Below are positions 45,481 to 56,189 of a stretch of 64,000 bases of DNA, one piece after another; positions within the stretch are counted from its first letter, which is position 1; each line of letters begins with the position of its first letter. The stretch is from Flavobacteriales bacterium (GTDB taxonomy: Bacteria; Bacteroidota; Bacteroidia; UBA10329). The stretch covers positions 3,163 through 67,162 of the forward strand of contig WGMW01000055.1 of assembly GCA_016124845.1 (NCBI GenBank). The letters are read 5' to 3'. The notes below the pieces were generated by a model. It was not told the DNA's origin and made no database searches. It was given only the letters and a program-made list of their open reading frames with translations. The position numbers were made by a program, and so were the translations under genes.

Positions 45481-46161
45481 TTACAGTTCATTCAAACTCC
45501 AATCGTATTCATAGAACGAATATTTAGGATTGAGTTTGATTTTCTTGAGCAGATATTTCTGAATGAACGGGATCACATGGTCTTTGCCTCCGAAATCGGC
45601 CGCGTACCAATCGAATATCTGTGAAACCTGTGCATTCGACCCGCTCAAGTGGATGAAATCAGGGTCGTTGATGATGGCTCGTGTCTGACTTTCCAATTGC
45701 GTTTCGAGTTCCTTTCCGTTGTAAGCGAACGAGGCCAGTTTTGGACAACCTTTGGCGGCACAGACCAATACGAAATGCAAGCGTGGGTCGGGAAACTGCT
45801 TCATCAGCATTTCCTTTTCAAGCTGGTTGAGCGTCACTTGTTTCCCTCTCAGGTTGAAGGTCTGCTTGTCGAAGAAACCATCCACTTTCAGCGGGCCTTC
45901 CACGGGGTAATGGTCCACAATTCCCTTGATGACGAATGTGTTGTACGCGTTGATGAGAAAGGCTTTTTGGTCATCACCTTTTTTTGCGGCCGCATTGGCA
46001 ATTGCCTTCAGCAGGGTATTCAGCTCGGTAGGATTTTTCTTGATACCCGAATAATCTACGAGACCATCCTTCACATTTTCGCTGAAAAACGAATTGAACT
46101 CCTGCGCATGAACAGAGAAAAAAGAAAAAAGAAGAAGGAAAAAGGGGAAAAGAGTTTTCAT
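45481..46161 (-). CDS. DUF547 domain-containing secreted protein
   Basis: Start trimmed to MKTLFPFFLLLFSFFSVHAQ. KAFLINAYNTFVI and RLHFVLVCAAKGCP are typical of DUF547. Confidence 0.75.
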   Translation of the reverse strand: MKTLFPFFLLLFSFFSVHAQEFNSFFSENVKDGLVDYSGIKKNPTELNTLLKAIANAAAKKGDDQKAFLINAYNTFVIKGIVDHYPVEGPLKVDGFFDKQTFNLRGKQVTLNQLEKEMLMKQFPDPRLHFVLVCAAKGCPKLASFAYNGKELETQLESQTRAIINDPDFIHLSGSNAQVSQIFDWYAADFGGKDHVIPFIQKYLLKKIKLNPKYSFYEYDWSLNEL

Positions 46162-46190
46162 GCGAAGCGAAGGACGAAATCCGTGCCAGA

Positions 46191-46550
46191 TCACCATGGG
46201 TTTTCGAGGTCTTTGGCTGTGTAGCGATGCTGCCTGAAGATGAAATTGCTCTTTTCGGGAGCGTGTAGCTGAAGCGGGTCTTTTTTGCCCATTCGCGAGA
46301 AGAAAGCAATTGGCGTTAGCACCAAATAATAGACAATGAAAAGCAGGATGGCCGCATTCACCTTACCGATCTTTTCTCCGATCCAAAGCCAAGCCTTGTC
46401 TATGATGACGGCCGCCTTTTCGCTTAGAGCAGACAGAATCAGGACAACAAGCGCAAGGATGAGAAAGGCAATTGTCTTTTCCTTGAAAAGCATATGCAGA
46501 CCGCAGAAGCCCGCGATCATTACAAGAATGTTCTTGTAAACCTTTTGCAT
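46191..46550 (-). CDS. SxtJ-like small membrane protein
   Basis: Start trimmed to ATG 46550 (MQKVYKNILV...), which overlaps the upstream stop by 1 nt. It has three hydrophobic helices. It sits downstream of the carbamoyltransferase and the DUF5989 gene. Confidence 0.65.
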   Translation of the reverse strand: MQKVYKNILVMIAGFCGLHMLFKEKTIAFLILALVVLILSALSEKAAVIIDKAWLWIGEKIGKVNAAILLFIVYYLVLTPIAFFSRMGKKDPLQLHAPEKSNFIFRQHRYTAKDLENPW

Positions 46551-46699
46551 CAGAAAAGCGTGTAAACGAACGGAGCAACGGCTGTTCCGCCACCCATCAC
46601 GATTAGAATTCCGAGCAGAAGCAACACGAGTACAATCGGTGTGAGCCACCACTTTTTGCGCTCCATCAGGAATTTTATGAGGTCAGAAAACGCTTCCAT
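46550..46699 (-). CDS. DUF5989 / SxtK-like 49-aa membrane peptide (absent from ORF track)
   Basis: My translation is MEAFSDLIKFLMERKKWWLTPIVLVLLLLGILIVMGGGTAVAPFVYTLF*. It matches the conserved RKKWWL...APFIYTLF pattern of DUF5989. Confidence 0.75.
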   Translation of the reverse strand: MEAFSDLIKFLMERKKWWLTPIVLVLLLLGILIVMGGGTAVAPFVYTLF

Positions 46700-46719
46700 T
46701 TCAAATATTTCTCACGAAG

Positions 46720-48534
46720 TTAATTATCCTTTTTCATGGCAATGAACGAGCCGATGGCCAGCACATCCATTTCGGTGTTCAGAAAACCGTTGATGGCATC
46801 TTCGGGCGAGCAGACAATGGGTTCGTTGTTCACGTTGAAACTGGTGTTGATGGTCAGTCCGTGACCTGTTTTTTCCTTCATTTTAGAAAGGAGCAGGTGC
46901 ATTTTCGGGTTACTTTCTTTGCTCACGGTCTGAATACGTCCCGACATGTCCACATGCGCTACGGAAGCAAACTCAGAACGCACGGTTTCCAGCTTCTCTT
47001 TCCACGGCAATGAGCTGTAATTCGCGGGCAGGGGATTGTGCCATTCGCTCTTCCATTGGTGCACTTGTAGCATGTAGGGTGAAGGCAGTTTCACATCGAA
47101 ATAGCGTTGCAAATCTTCCTCGAGCAGAATGGGCGCAAACGGGCGGAAACTTTCGCGGAACTTGATCTTGAGGTTCACCTTTTTCTGCATTTCGGGATTG
47201 CGCGCATCGGCAATGATGCTTCTACAACCCAATGCTCTTGGACCGAACTCCATTCGCCCTTGGAACCAACCGATGACATGTGCTGAAATGATCAGGTCAC
47301 TGACCTTGTCCGTCAATTCTTGTTCGCTTTCAACTTTCGAATAGTTGATGCCTTTTGCTTTCAACGCAGCTTCAATCTCCGTATCCGAATATTCACTGCC
47401 AAGCAATGAACCTGACATCGCATCAGGCCGAACAACGGTTCGTTCATTCCCTTCGAAAATGTGGTAAACGGCCAATGCTGCACCAACGGCTCCACCCGCA
47501 TCTCCAGCCGCTGGCTGAATGAAAACTTCATCGAACATGCCGCTGTCAATGAGTTTTCCGTTGGCAACGCTGTTCAATGCCACACCGCCCGCCAAGCAGA
47601 TGTTCTTGCAACCCGTATTCTCCTTGGCGGTGGCGGCCATTTTGAAGAAAATGTCTTCGGTCACTTGCTGAATGGCCAAAGCCATATCGCAATGCTCGCT
47701 CAGCATTTCGTCTTTCGCCTCACGCTTTTTCAGGCCGAACAATTTCTGCCACTTGTCGTCCTTGGCCATGCGAAGGCCCGTGGCGTAGTTGAAGTAGTCT
47801 TGATTGAGCCAGATGGAACCGTCATCGTAGACGGTTACCAGGTTATTGGTTATTAGTTGCCTGTACTTCGAGGTTCGTTCGCCATCGGGATTTCCGTAAG
47901 GCGCCAAACCCATCAGTTTGTATTCGCCCTTGTTCACCTCGAAACCGAGGTAGTACGTGAAAGCGGAGTAGAGGAGACCCACCGAATGCGGGAAATTCAT
48001 GGTGGCGAACATTTCAATGTCCTTGCCCGAACCTTTGCCGATGCTGGCGGTGCTCCATTCGCCCACGCCATCGATGGTGAGGATTGCGGCCTCTTCAAAC
48101 GGAGAAGGATAAAAGGCCGAAGCAGCATGAGAAAGGTGATGGTCAGGAAAACGGATCGGAATCTTTTTCGCCTCTTTCGAATCAGAAATCTCCTTCAGTC
48201 CGTTACGAATCTCACGCTTGTGAAACAGCTTTTCGCGAAGCCAAACAGGTACGGCTTTATGGAATGATATGAATCCGCTGGGCGCAAATGCGTAATACGT
48301 TTCAAGTAAGCGTTCGAATTTCAGAAGGGGCTTGTCGTAGAATGCAATGGCATCGACATCCTCCAACTTCAGATTGGCAAATTCCAAGCAGAAACGAACC
48401 GCATTTACGGGGAATGAAGCATCTTGCTTTTTCCGCGTGAAACGCTCTTCCTGCGCTGCCGCGATGATCTTTCCATCAATGATAATGGCCGCAGCGGAGT
48501 CGTGGTAAAATGCCGAGATGCCGAGGATGGTCAT
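46720..48534 (-). CDS. NodU/CmcH-family carbamoyltransferase
   Basis: MTILGISAFYHDSAAA..., the HHLSHAASAF motif, and the C-terminal YrdC/Kae1-like carbamoyltransferase layout. Length 604 aa. Confidence 0.9.
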   Translation of the reverse strand: MTILGISAFYHDSAAAIIIDGKIIAAAQEERFTRKKQDASFPVNAVRFCLEFANLKLEDVDAIAFYDKPLLKFERLLETYYAFAPSGFISFHKAVPVWLREKLFHKREIRNGLKEISDSKEAKKIPIRFPDHHLSHAASAFYPSPFEEAAILTIDGVGEWSTASIGKGSGKDIEMFATMNFPHSVGLLYSAFTYYLGFEVNKGEYKLMGLAPYGNPDGERTSKYRQLITNNLVTVYDDGSIWLNQDYFNYATGLRMAKDDKWQKLFGLKKREAKDEMLSEHCDMALAIQQVTEDIFFKMAATAKENTGCKNICLAGGVALNSVANGKLIDSGMFDEVFIQPAAGDAGGAVGAALAVYHIFEGNERTVVRPDAMSGSLLGSEYSDTEIEAALKAKGINYSKVESEQELTDKVSDLIISAHVIGWFQGRMEFGPRALGCRSIIADARNPEMQKKVNLKIKFRESFRPFAPILLEEDLQRYFDVKLPSPYMLQVHQWKSEWHNPLPANYSSLPWKEKLETVRSEFASVAHVDMSGRIQTVSKESNPKMHLLLSKMKEKTGHGLTINTSFNVNNEPIVCSPEDAINGFLNTEMDVLAIGSFIAMKKDN

Positions 48535-49673
48535 ACGAGCGGTGCTGATGGGATGAGGAAATCGGTGAAATTGTCGCGGTTTACAACAGACCCCCCGGTC
48601 TTGTAATTCTCTTTGAATTTAGGGGGGATTCGCGGTTTCTTCTTCGGATTCCACTTGAACTCAAAAGCGGTAAGTTGCCCATTCCGTTCCTCCAAATAAT
48701 CAACCTCCTGTTGATGGGTCGTTCGCCAAAAATAGCTTTTACCCAAAACACGGTGTGTCTGCAGGTATTTGATGCGTTCGCTGATCAGAAAATTCTCCCA
48801 AAGCGCACCAACGTCCTGTCGGAGTTGAATTGGATTGAAATTATCGATCACCGCATTTCGGATGCCATTGTCGTAAAAATAGACCTTCCGACCTTGTTTG
48901 ATCTCGGTTCTAAGATTTCGACTGTATGCCGGAAGTGTGAACACGACAAACGCCTTTTCCAGCAGGTCGATGTAAGAAGAAACCGTGTTCTTGTCGATGT
49001 TGAGAAGTTGTGCAAGTTCATTGTAACTGACCTCAGAACCGCATTGCAGTGCCAATGCCTGAACAAGTTTCTGTAGTACATCGGGTTTCCTGATGCCGGC
49101 CAAGGCAAGAAGATCCTTGTACAGGTAACTTGAGCTTAACTCCTGCAAGACCGGTCTTTCATCTCCGATATTGTTCAACACATCCGGGTACATACCGTAG
49201 ACCAATCGCTGCTCCAATTGTGCCTGCACCGTGAGAAAATCATTGTGATGCTGCCATTCTTCCCAGGTTATCGGATAAAGGTTGAATTCCCATTTACGAC
49301 CTGTGAGCGGTTCATTGACGGAGTCGCCCATTTCCAAAGCAGATGAGCCACTGACCAATAATTGAACTTGTGGAAACCTGTCGGTGATCATCTTCATGGT
49401 CAGTCCACCATTGATGATCCGTTGGGCTTCATCAATAAAAACCACTTTGTGTTCACCGATGACGCTGCGCAGTTGCTCATAACCCACATCGGTAAGCTGT
49501 TCGCGCGTTCTTGGGTCGTCCCCATCAAGGTAGAGGTACTCTCCGAGAGAGGATGCCAGTTTTTTGAGCAATGTGGTTTTTCCCGTCTGGCGAGGCCCGG
49601 TAAGTACGATTGCCTTGCCCGAAAATACCCGCTTTTCCAACTGCGGGAATATGATACGTTCAATACGGTTCAT
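48531..49673 (-). CDS. AAA+ ATPase with C-terminal DUF4143 (restriction-endonuclease-like) domain
   Basis: Walker A is GPRQTGKTTL and Walker B is VVFIDEAQ. The C-terminal motifs are KVYFYDNGIRN and EVDYL...FEFKW. Its stop shares an ATGA overlap with the carbamoyltransferase start. Confidence 0.8.
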   Translation of the reverse strand: MNRIERIIFPQLEKRVFSGKAIVLTGPRQTGKTTLLKKLASSLGEYLYLDGDDPRTREQLTDVGYEQLRSVIGEHKVVFIDEAQRIINGGLTMKMITDRFPQVQLLVSGSSALEMGDSVNEPLTGRKWEFNLYPITWEEWQHHNDFLTVQAQLEQRLVYGMYPDVLNNIGDERPVLQELSSSYLYKDLLALAGIRKPDVLQKLVQALALQCGSEVSYNELAQLLNIDKNTVSSYIDLLEKAFVVFTLPAYSRNLRTEIKQGRKVYFYDNGIRNAVIDNFNPIQLRQDVGALWENFLISERIKYLQTHRVLGKSYFWRTTHQQEVDYLEERNGQLTAFEFKWNPKKKPRIPPKFKENYKTGGSVVNRDNFTDFLIPSAPLV

Positions 49674-49681
49674 CTTCTTCT

Positions 49682-49743
49682 ATTCACCAAAAATACGGTT
49701 ATTTGGTGAATGAACTCACCATAAATACGGATATTCGGTGAAT
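49682..49743. repeat. tandem pair of ~30-nt palindromic units in glpK-ATPase spacer
   Basis: Unit 1 is ATTCACCAAA-N10-TTTGGTGAAT (10-bp perfect arms). Unit 2, CTCACCATAAATACGGATATTCGGTGAAT, is an imperfect copy about 33 nt downstream. Confidence 0.7.
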
Positions 49744-49749
49744 AGGAGA

Positions 49750-51814
<2,065 letters not shown>

Positions 51815-51819
51815 TGGCT

Positions 51820-52827
51820 TCAGCCTTTTAGTTTGGCCCGAAGGTAAACGGGTTGGTGGTCGGAGAATTTGAAATCGAGGTTGATGACCTTGACCGCCTC
51901 CACCGAAATATTCGGGCTACAGAGATAAAAGTCGATGACCTGCGTTTGTGTTTCTCCGGCAACGTAAGCCTTTTCCAAGTTTCGGTTGGTAGGGTAGGAG
52001 GTGTCAAATGCCCACGTCCAGCCATCCAGAAAATCCTGCGGAACTGCTCGATCTCCCGTTCCTGGCGCATGTTGGTTCCAATCGCCTCCAACGATCACGT
52101 AGTTTCCCTTTTCCTCTTCCGTTATCAGGAAATCTTTCAGGAAATCCATTTCGGCCTTTTTCAACGAACCATCGTCATACGCGGAATTGTGCGTGTTGAT
52201 GATGACCAGTTCCACATCGTTGTACGGCATGCGCTGCACCATGAAACAGCGGTCGAGGAAATAGATACGGTTCGGCCAAGCGTAGCTTGATGGAAACTGA
52301 TAACGCATGGCGTTGGTGACCGTAAAACGGTTGAAAGAGGCCAATCCGCCCATCACTTTACCCATGGGTTCCGTAAATGGAATAGGTACAAAACGCACAT
52401 TATAGTTGAGCGTGAACGAAGCGTTGAAATGAGGAAGCATGGAACGCAGTTCGTTATACTCGTTAAACTGCCAGCTTCGCTTAGAAAGCGTGTCTACTTC
52501 TTGTAGAAGGAAAACATCCACCGAATCATTATTCTTTACAAAACTGAGAACGCCATCCAGATTTTTTCGGACAGTTTCCTCCTTCATCCGCACGGTTTTT
52601 CCGCCATCATAGAAGAAGTCCGACTCCTCTCCCAATCCGCAATAACCCACGTTCCAGTCGATAAGGCGGACAATGCTGTCTGGCCGCTGCGCATGAGTTG
52701 CCCGAATGGCCACCGTTTCCTCTTTCGGAGGCTGATAATCGGTCATGGTTCCGTAAATAAGGTTGCATACCACCCACAGAATGGGCAGCAGAATGATGAA
52801 GAGTGCGGTACGGAGGCTTTTTTTCAT
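51820..52827 (-). CDS. membrane-anchored endonuclease/exonuclease/phosphatase (EEP) family protein
   Basis: N-terminal TM segment. The EEP motifs are WNVGY, LLQEVD, GGDWN and SDHQPV. Confidence 0.8.
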   Translation of the reverse strand: MKKSLRTALFIILLPILWVVCNLIYGTMTDYQPPKEETVAIRATHAQRPDSIVRLIDWNVGYCGLGEESDFFYDGGKTVRMKEETVRKNLDGVLSFVKNNDSVDVFLLQEVDTLSKRSWQFNEYNELRSMLPHFNASFTLNYNVRFVPIPFTEPMGKVMGGLASFNRFTVTNAMRYQFPSSYAWPNRIYFLDRCFMVQRMPYNDVELVIINTHNSAYDDGSLKKAEMDFLKDFLITEEEKGNYVIVGGDWNQHAPGTGDRAVPQDFLDGWTWAFDTSYPTNRNLEKAYVAGETQTQVIDFYLCSPNISVEAVKVINLDFKFSDHQPVYLRAKLKG

Positions 52828-52929
52828 ACTGGGGTTATTTCACAAAGATGCATAAACGTAGCTATTGGAAGCGATGAACGGAATTCCGTAGGAAGCATTA
52901 TTCGGAAACAAAATCCGTTGGATTGCGTC

Positions 52930-52937
52930 TATATTTG
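52930..52937 (+). promoter_or_regulatory. candidate -7 box TATATTTG
   Basis: Matches TAnnTTTG. It lies 22 nt upstream of ATG 52959 and sits inside the longer ORF-track N-terminus, which argues for the shorter start. Confidence 0.45.
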
Positions 52938-52958
52938 GCATTCAAGCGAAAAACAGAG

Positions 52959-53798
52959 ATGATACACAACGAGTACACGTGGAAGTCGAAGACGGGAATT
53001 ACGGTTTACGGACAGTCGTGGTTGGTAGAGAATCCGAAAGCGGTGGTCGGTATCGTTCACGGAATGGGAGAACATTCGGGCCGATACAATTACATGGTCG
53101 ATGCATTGAATGCCGCGAATATCTCGGTGGTTTCCTACGATCAGATCGGTCATGGAAAAACGCAGAGCAAGCGCGGACATGTGGCCAACTACAATATTCT
53201 TCTTGGCTGCGCCAACGAACTGGTAGCGAAAATGATCGAGCTGGTTCCCGCTAAACCCGTTTTTCTGTTCGGGCACAGCATGGGCGGCAACGTGGTGCTC
53301 AACTATCTGCTTCAGCGCAAGCCAAGGATAAATGGCGCCATTGTTTCTGCGCCTTGGTTGAAATTGGCATTCGACCCACCAGCCATTCAGGTGAAGCTCG
53401 GAAGATTGGTAAGTAATATTCTGCCAGGATTGCTGCAATCCACAAAATTGGATGTGACCGCCATTTCGCGCGACCCGAAAGAAGTGAAGCGCTATTCTGA
53501 CGATCCGTTGGTGCATGATAAGATCAGTACCGCGTTTTTTGTGGGAGTGCATGATAGTGGCGAGTGGGCACTTGAACATGCATCGGAACTCGAAACTCCG
53601 TTGTTGCTGTATCACGGAACGGGCGACCAATTGACCTCGCATGATGCATCAAAGCAGTTTGCCGAAAAGGCTGGGAGCAATGTGACCTTCAGGTCTTTGG
53701 AAGGATATTACCACGAAAGCCACAACGAGGCGGAGGCCGATCGTCAAGAGGTTTTCAAGATGATCATCAACTGGATCAACTCCCACTTGGGAAAGTAA
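52959..53798 (+). CDS. alpha/beta hydrolase (lysophospholipase / monoacylglycerol-lipase-like)
   Basis: HGMGEHSGRY, the nucleophile elbow GHSMGG, and C-terminal YHE..H. Confidence 0.82.
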   Translation: MIHNEYTWKSKTGITVYGQSWLVENPKAVVGIVHGMGEHSGRYNYMVDALNAANISVVSYDQIGHGKTQSKRGHVANYNILLGCANELVAKMIELVPAKPVFLFGHSMGGNVVLNYLLQRKPRINGAIVSAPWLKLAFDPPAIQVKLGRLVSNILPGLLQSTKLDVTAISRDPKEVKRYSDDPLVHDKISTAFFVGVHDSGEWALEHASELETPLLLYHGTGDQLTSHDASKQFAEKAGSNVTFRSLEGYYHESHNEAEADRQEVFKMIINWINSHLGK

Positions 53799-53836
53799 TT
53801 CCTGAATAAAAGTTCAATTGGGTTTCTGAGAGCCGA

Positions 53837-55954
53837 TCACGGTTCAGAAATGTTCTCTGGGTTCACCTCGGTTTTGGCCGCATCCAAGTCGGTCTTATAA
53901 AGTGCTTCGGTAATGATGGCCTCGCCCTTGTAGTAGAACACATCGCCCCAACTGTGGGCTATTTTCTTGAATGTGGTCTTCGTTCCGTAAATGTCAATGA
54001 CTGTGGTTGTGATCACATCACCGCCTTTCTTCTCAACCGTGGTCGTGTAAGTATTTTCCTTGCGCTGTTCTCTCACTCGCGCAATCTCCGCTTGCTTGGC
54101 CGCTTCTTTTGCTGCCGCGAGGGAGTCTATGCGGGCCTTTTCGCGTCTTTCAGCCTCCTCCTGTTGACGCAATCGCTCAACTCTTGCAGCCTCTTTTGCT
54201 GCGGCAATGGAATCCATGCGCGCCTGTTCGGTCACTTCGGCCAATCGCTTCGCCTCTGCAAGTGAGTCCAGAACTGCCTTCTTGCGTGCCTCTTCCGCCA
54301 AGCGAGCGGCTTCCTCGGCTTTTCGTTGCGCTTCTTTGGCTGCCGCCAACGAATCAGCAACGGCCTGCTTGCGCTGACGCTCCAACTCCTTGGCCAGTTC
54401 TGCTGCTTTGCGCGCAGCCTCTTTTGCCGCATCTATCGAGTCTTTCTCAGCCTGACGCTTTGCAGCCTCGGCAGCCAATTGACGTTCCCGCTCCAAGCGT
54501 TCCGCTTCTTTCACAGCGGCCAAGGAGTCAGCCTCTGCTTTTTTGCGCTGCTCTTCCAGTTGCTTTGCCAGCTCCGCAGCTTTTCTTTCGGCCTCTTTCA
54601 CAGCCGCCAGCGAATCTGCTTCTGCCTGTTTGCGAGCTGCTTCCAGCTGTTTGGCCAGTTCGGCTGCTTTTCGTTCCGCCTCCTTCGCGGCAGCCAACGA
54701 ATCAGCTTCGGCCTGCTTTCGTTTCGCTTCCAGTTGTTTCGCCAACTCAGCAGCGTTTCGTTCTGCTTCCTTCGCGGCTGCCAACGAATCTGCCTCCGCC
54801 TGTTTGCGTTTTGCGTCCAGTTCTTTCGCGAGTTCGGCTGCTTTCTTCTCCGCATCTCTTGCGGCAGCAAGTGAGTCGGCTTCGGCCTGCTTTCTCAATT
54901 TTTCAGCATCCTTGGCCTGTTGCATGGCCAGTTTTTCCGCATCGCGAGCAGCAGCAATCGAATCTTTTCTGGCCTGTTCTACAGCGTCCGCTAAACGGTC
55001 GGCTTCCGAGATTGAGTCCTTCCGCGCCTGCGCAGCCAGATCGGCTAAGCGTTTGGCTTCGGCAATAGAATCGGCCTTGGCCTTTTCGGCCGCTGCGAGT
55101 CGGTCTTTCTCCGCTTGCTGCGCGGAGGCCAAAGAATCCTTTCGGGCTGCTTCCAATGCGGCCAGACGTTTGCGTTCCTGTTCTGCAGCTTTCAGCGAAT
55201 CGAGCTTGGCCATTTCTCTGTCCGCTTCTTCCTGTCGCTGTTTATCGCGCTGCGCTTTGATCTTGGCCAAATGCGCTTCTACAGCAGCCAGCGAGTCGAT
55301 GCGCGCTTGCTCCTTGGCCGCCAGCAGCGAATCCTGTCTGTGTTGCCAGTTGGCAATGGAATCGGCCACAAAACGCTCGCGGGCGCGGGCAATGGAATCC
55401 AAACGGGCTTTTTCGCGTGCTGCGGCCATCGCCTTGATGCGCGCCTCCTCTCTTCGCTTGGCGGCCTCCTCTGCCGCTGCAATCTCTTCTTGTATGCGAC
55501 TTATATCGCGGTTCACCGCTACGAACGAACCTGTTCCCTTATTGAACATGACGCCTCCGCCCGTTTCTTCCCGTATGGTATTGCCTTCGTAGTCTTTGCG
55601 CATCTTCTGAAGGTCAAGCGTCACGGTTTGTGTGTATTGGCCGTTGGTTCCTTCGGGGACTTCGGTAAGTACTGTGATGGTGCGAGTGGCGTAGCCCTTC
55701 TCCGAAACACTTACCACATATTCGGTTCCGAGGTCGAGCGTGGCCACGAATTTCCCTACGTTGTTCGCATACGAGTATTTCAGTCCGCCATCTACCTGAA
55801 AAATCTTGACCTCTGCGTCTCCCAGCGGCTCGCCTTCTTTGGTCACGTTTCCGTTCAGCACCAATTTTCCGTCCTGCGCCTGAGCAGCGAAAGCAATAAA
55901 AAACGAAAGCAGTATGAGCGAGTGTCTGACCAAGAGGAAGGAAGTGTTCGCCAA
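53837..55954 (-). CDS. secreted protein: CarboxypepD_reg-like N-domain + ~430-aa Ala/Glu/Lys coiled-coil repeat region + small C-terminal domain
   Basis: Signal peptide SLILLSFFIAFAAQAQ. VLNGNVTKEGEPLGDAEVKIF resembles the carboxypeptidase-regulatory fold. About 19 (A/K)DS(L/I)A motifs occur. The apparent start is TTG. Confidence 0.75.
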   Translation of the reverse strand: MANTSFLLVRHSLILLSFFIAFAAQAQDGKLVLNGNVTKEGEPLGDAEVKIFQVDGGLKYSYANNVGKFVATLDLGTEYVVSVSEKGYATRTITVLTEVPEGTNGQYTQTVTLDLQKMRKDYEGNTIREETGGGVMFNKGTGSFVAVNRDISRIQEEIAAAEEAAKRREEARIKAMAAAREKARLDSIARARERFVADSIANWQHRQDSLLAAKEQARIDSLAAVEAHLAKIKAQRDKQRQEEADREMAKLDSLKAAEQERKRLAALEAARKDSLASAQQAEKDRLAAAEKAKADSIAEAKRLADLAAQARKDSISEADRLADAVEQARKDSIAAARDAEKLAMQQAKDAEKLRKQAEADSLAAARDAEKKAAELAKELDAKRKQAEADSLAAAKEAERNAAELAKQLEAKRKQAEADSLAAAKEAERKAAELAKQLEAARKQAEADSLAAVKEAERKAAELAKQLEEQRKKAEADSLAAVKEAERLERERQLAAEAAKRQAEKDSIDAAKEAARKAAELAKELERQRKQAVADSLAAAKEAQRKAEEAARLAEEARKKAVLDSLAEAKRLAEVTEQARMDSIAAAKEAARVERLRQQEEAERREKARIDSLAAAKEAAKQAEIARVREQRKENTYTTTVEKKGGDVITTTVIDIYGTKTTFKKIAHSWGDVFYYKGEAIITEALYKTDLDAAKTEVNPENISEP
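54248..54886 (-). repeat. in-frame 87-bp (29-aa) tandem repeats AEADSLAAAKEAERKAAELAKQLEAKRKQ
   Basis: Four near-identical units plus a partial one span 54500-54886. Two degenerate units extend down to 54248. The units differ mostly at synonymous or conservative positions. Confidence 0.85.
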
Positions 55955-55997
55955 ACGCAGAGAAATGCTATTTGTTATCTATCCCGAAAAGGGCTTG

Positions 55998-56005
55998 CAA
56001 AGGTA
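55998..56005 (-). promoter_or_regulatory. candidate -7 box TACCTTTG (minus strand)
   Basis: The plus strand reads CAAAGGTA. It lies 44 nt upstream of the TTG start at 55954. Confidence 0.3.
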
Positions 56006-56189
56006 ATAAAATGCCATTCTGGCGCATTCTGGTAACCTTCGAAGAGGATGAGCGTTTGTCGATTGGTCGCAAATTAGACCGATTTCGTCTAAAAGTGGAA
56101 ACATCCGACCGCTGGAAAGTGTAATACAGTCACCAAACGAAAGAAACAAGGCCAGAGCCGAATTTAGAATCAACAAAAGCTCTATTACG

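Noticed and set aside
54248-54886. Regular 87-bp periodicity that could be mistaken for a CRISPR-like or satellite array.
   Set aside because: The period is a multiple of 3 and in frame within a long ORF. There are no unique spacers, and the units encode a conserved 29-aa heptad-like peptide.
54109-56035. Three long plus-strand ORFs (319, 349 and 306 aa) that are rich in Ala, Ser, Leu, Pro and Cys.
   Set aside because: They are antisense to the coiled-coil repeat gene. Their low-complexity composition comes from the complement of GCN/GAR/AAR codons. They have no start context or domains.
56011-56124. A 37-aa plus-strand ORF (MPFWRILVTFEEDERLSIGRKLDRFRLKVETSDRWKV) upstream of the LytTR gene, considered as a possible partner peptide.
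   Set aside because: It has no hydrophobic helix (a LytTR inhibitor would be membrane-embedded), no promoter box and no recognisable family. It also overlaps the predicted promoter of the divergent gene.
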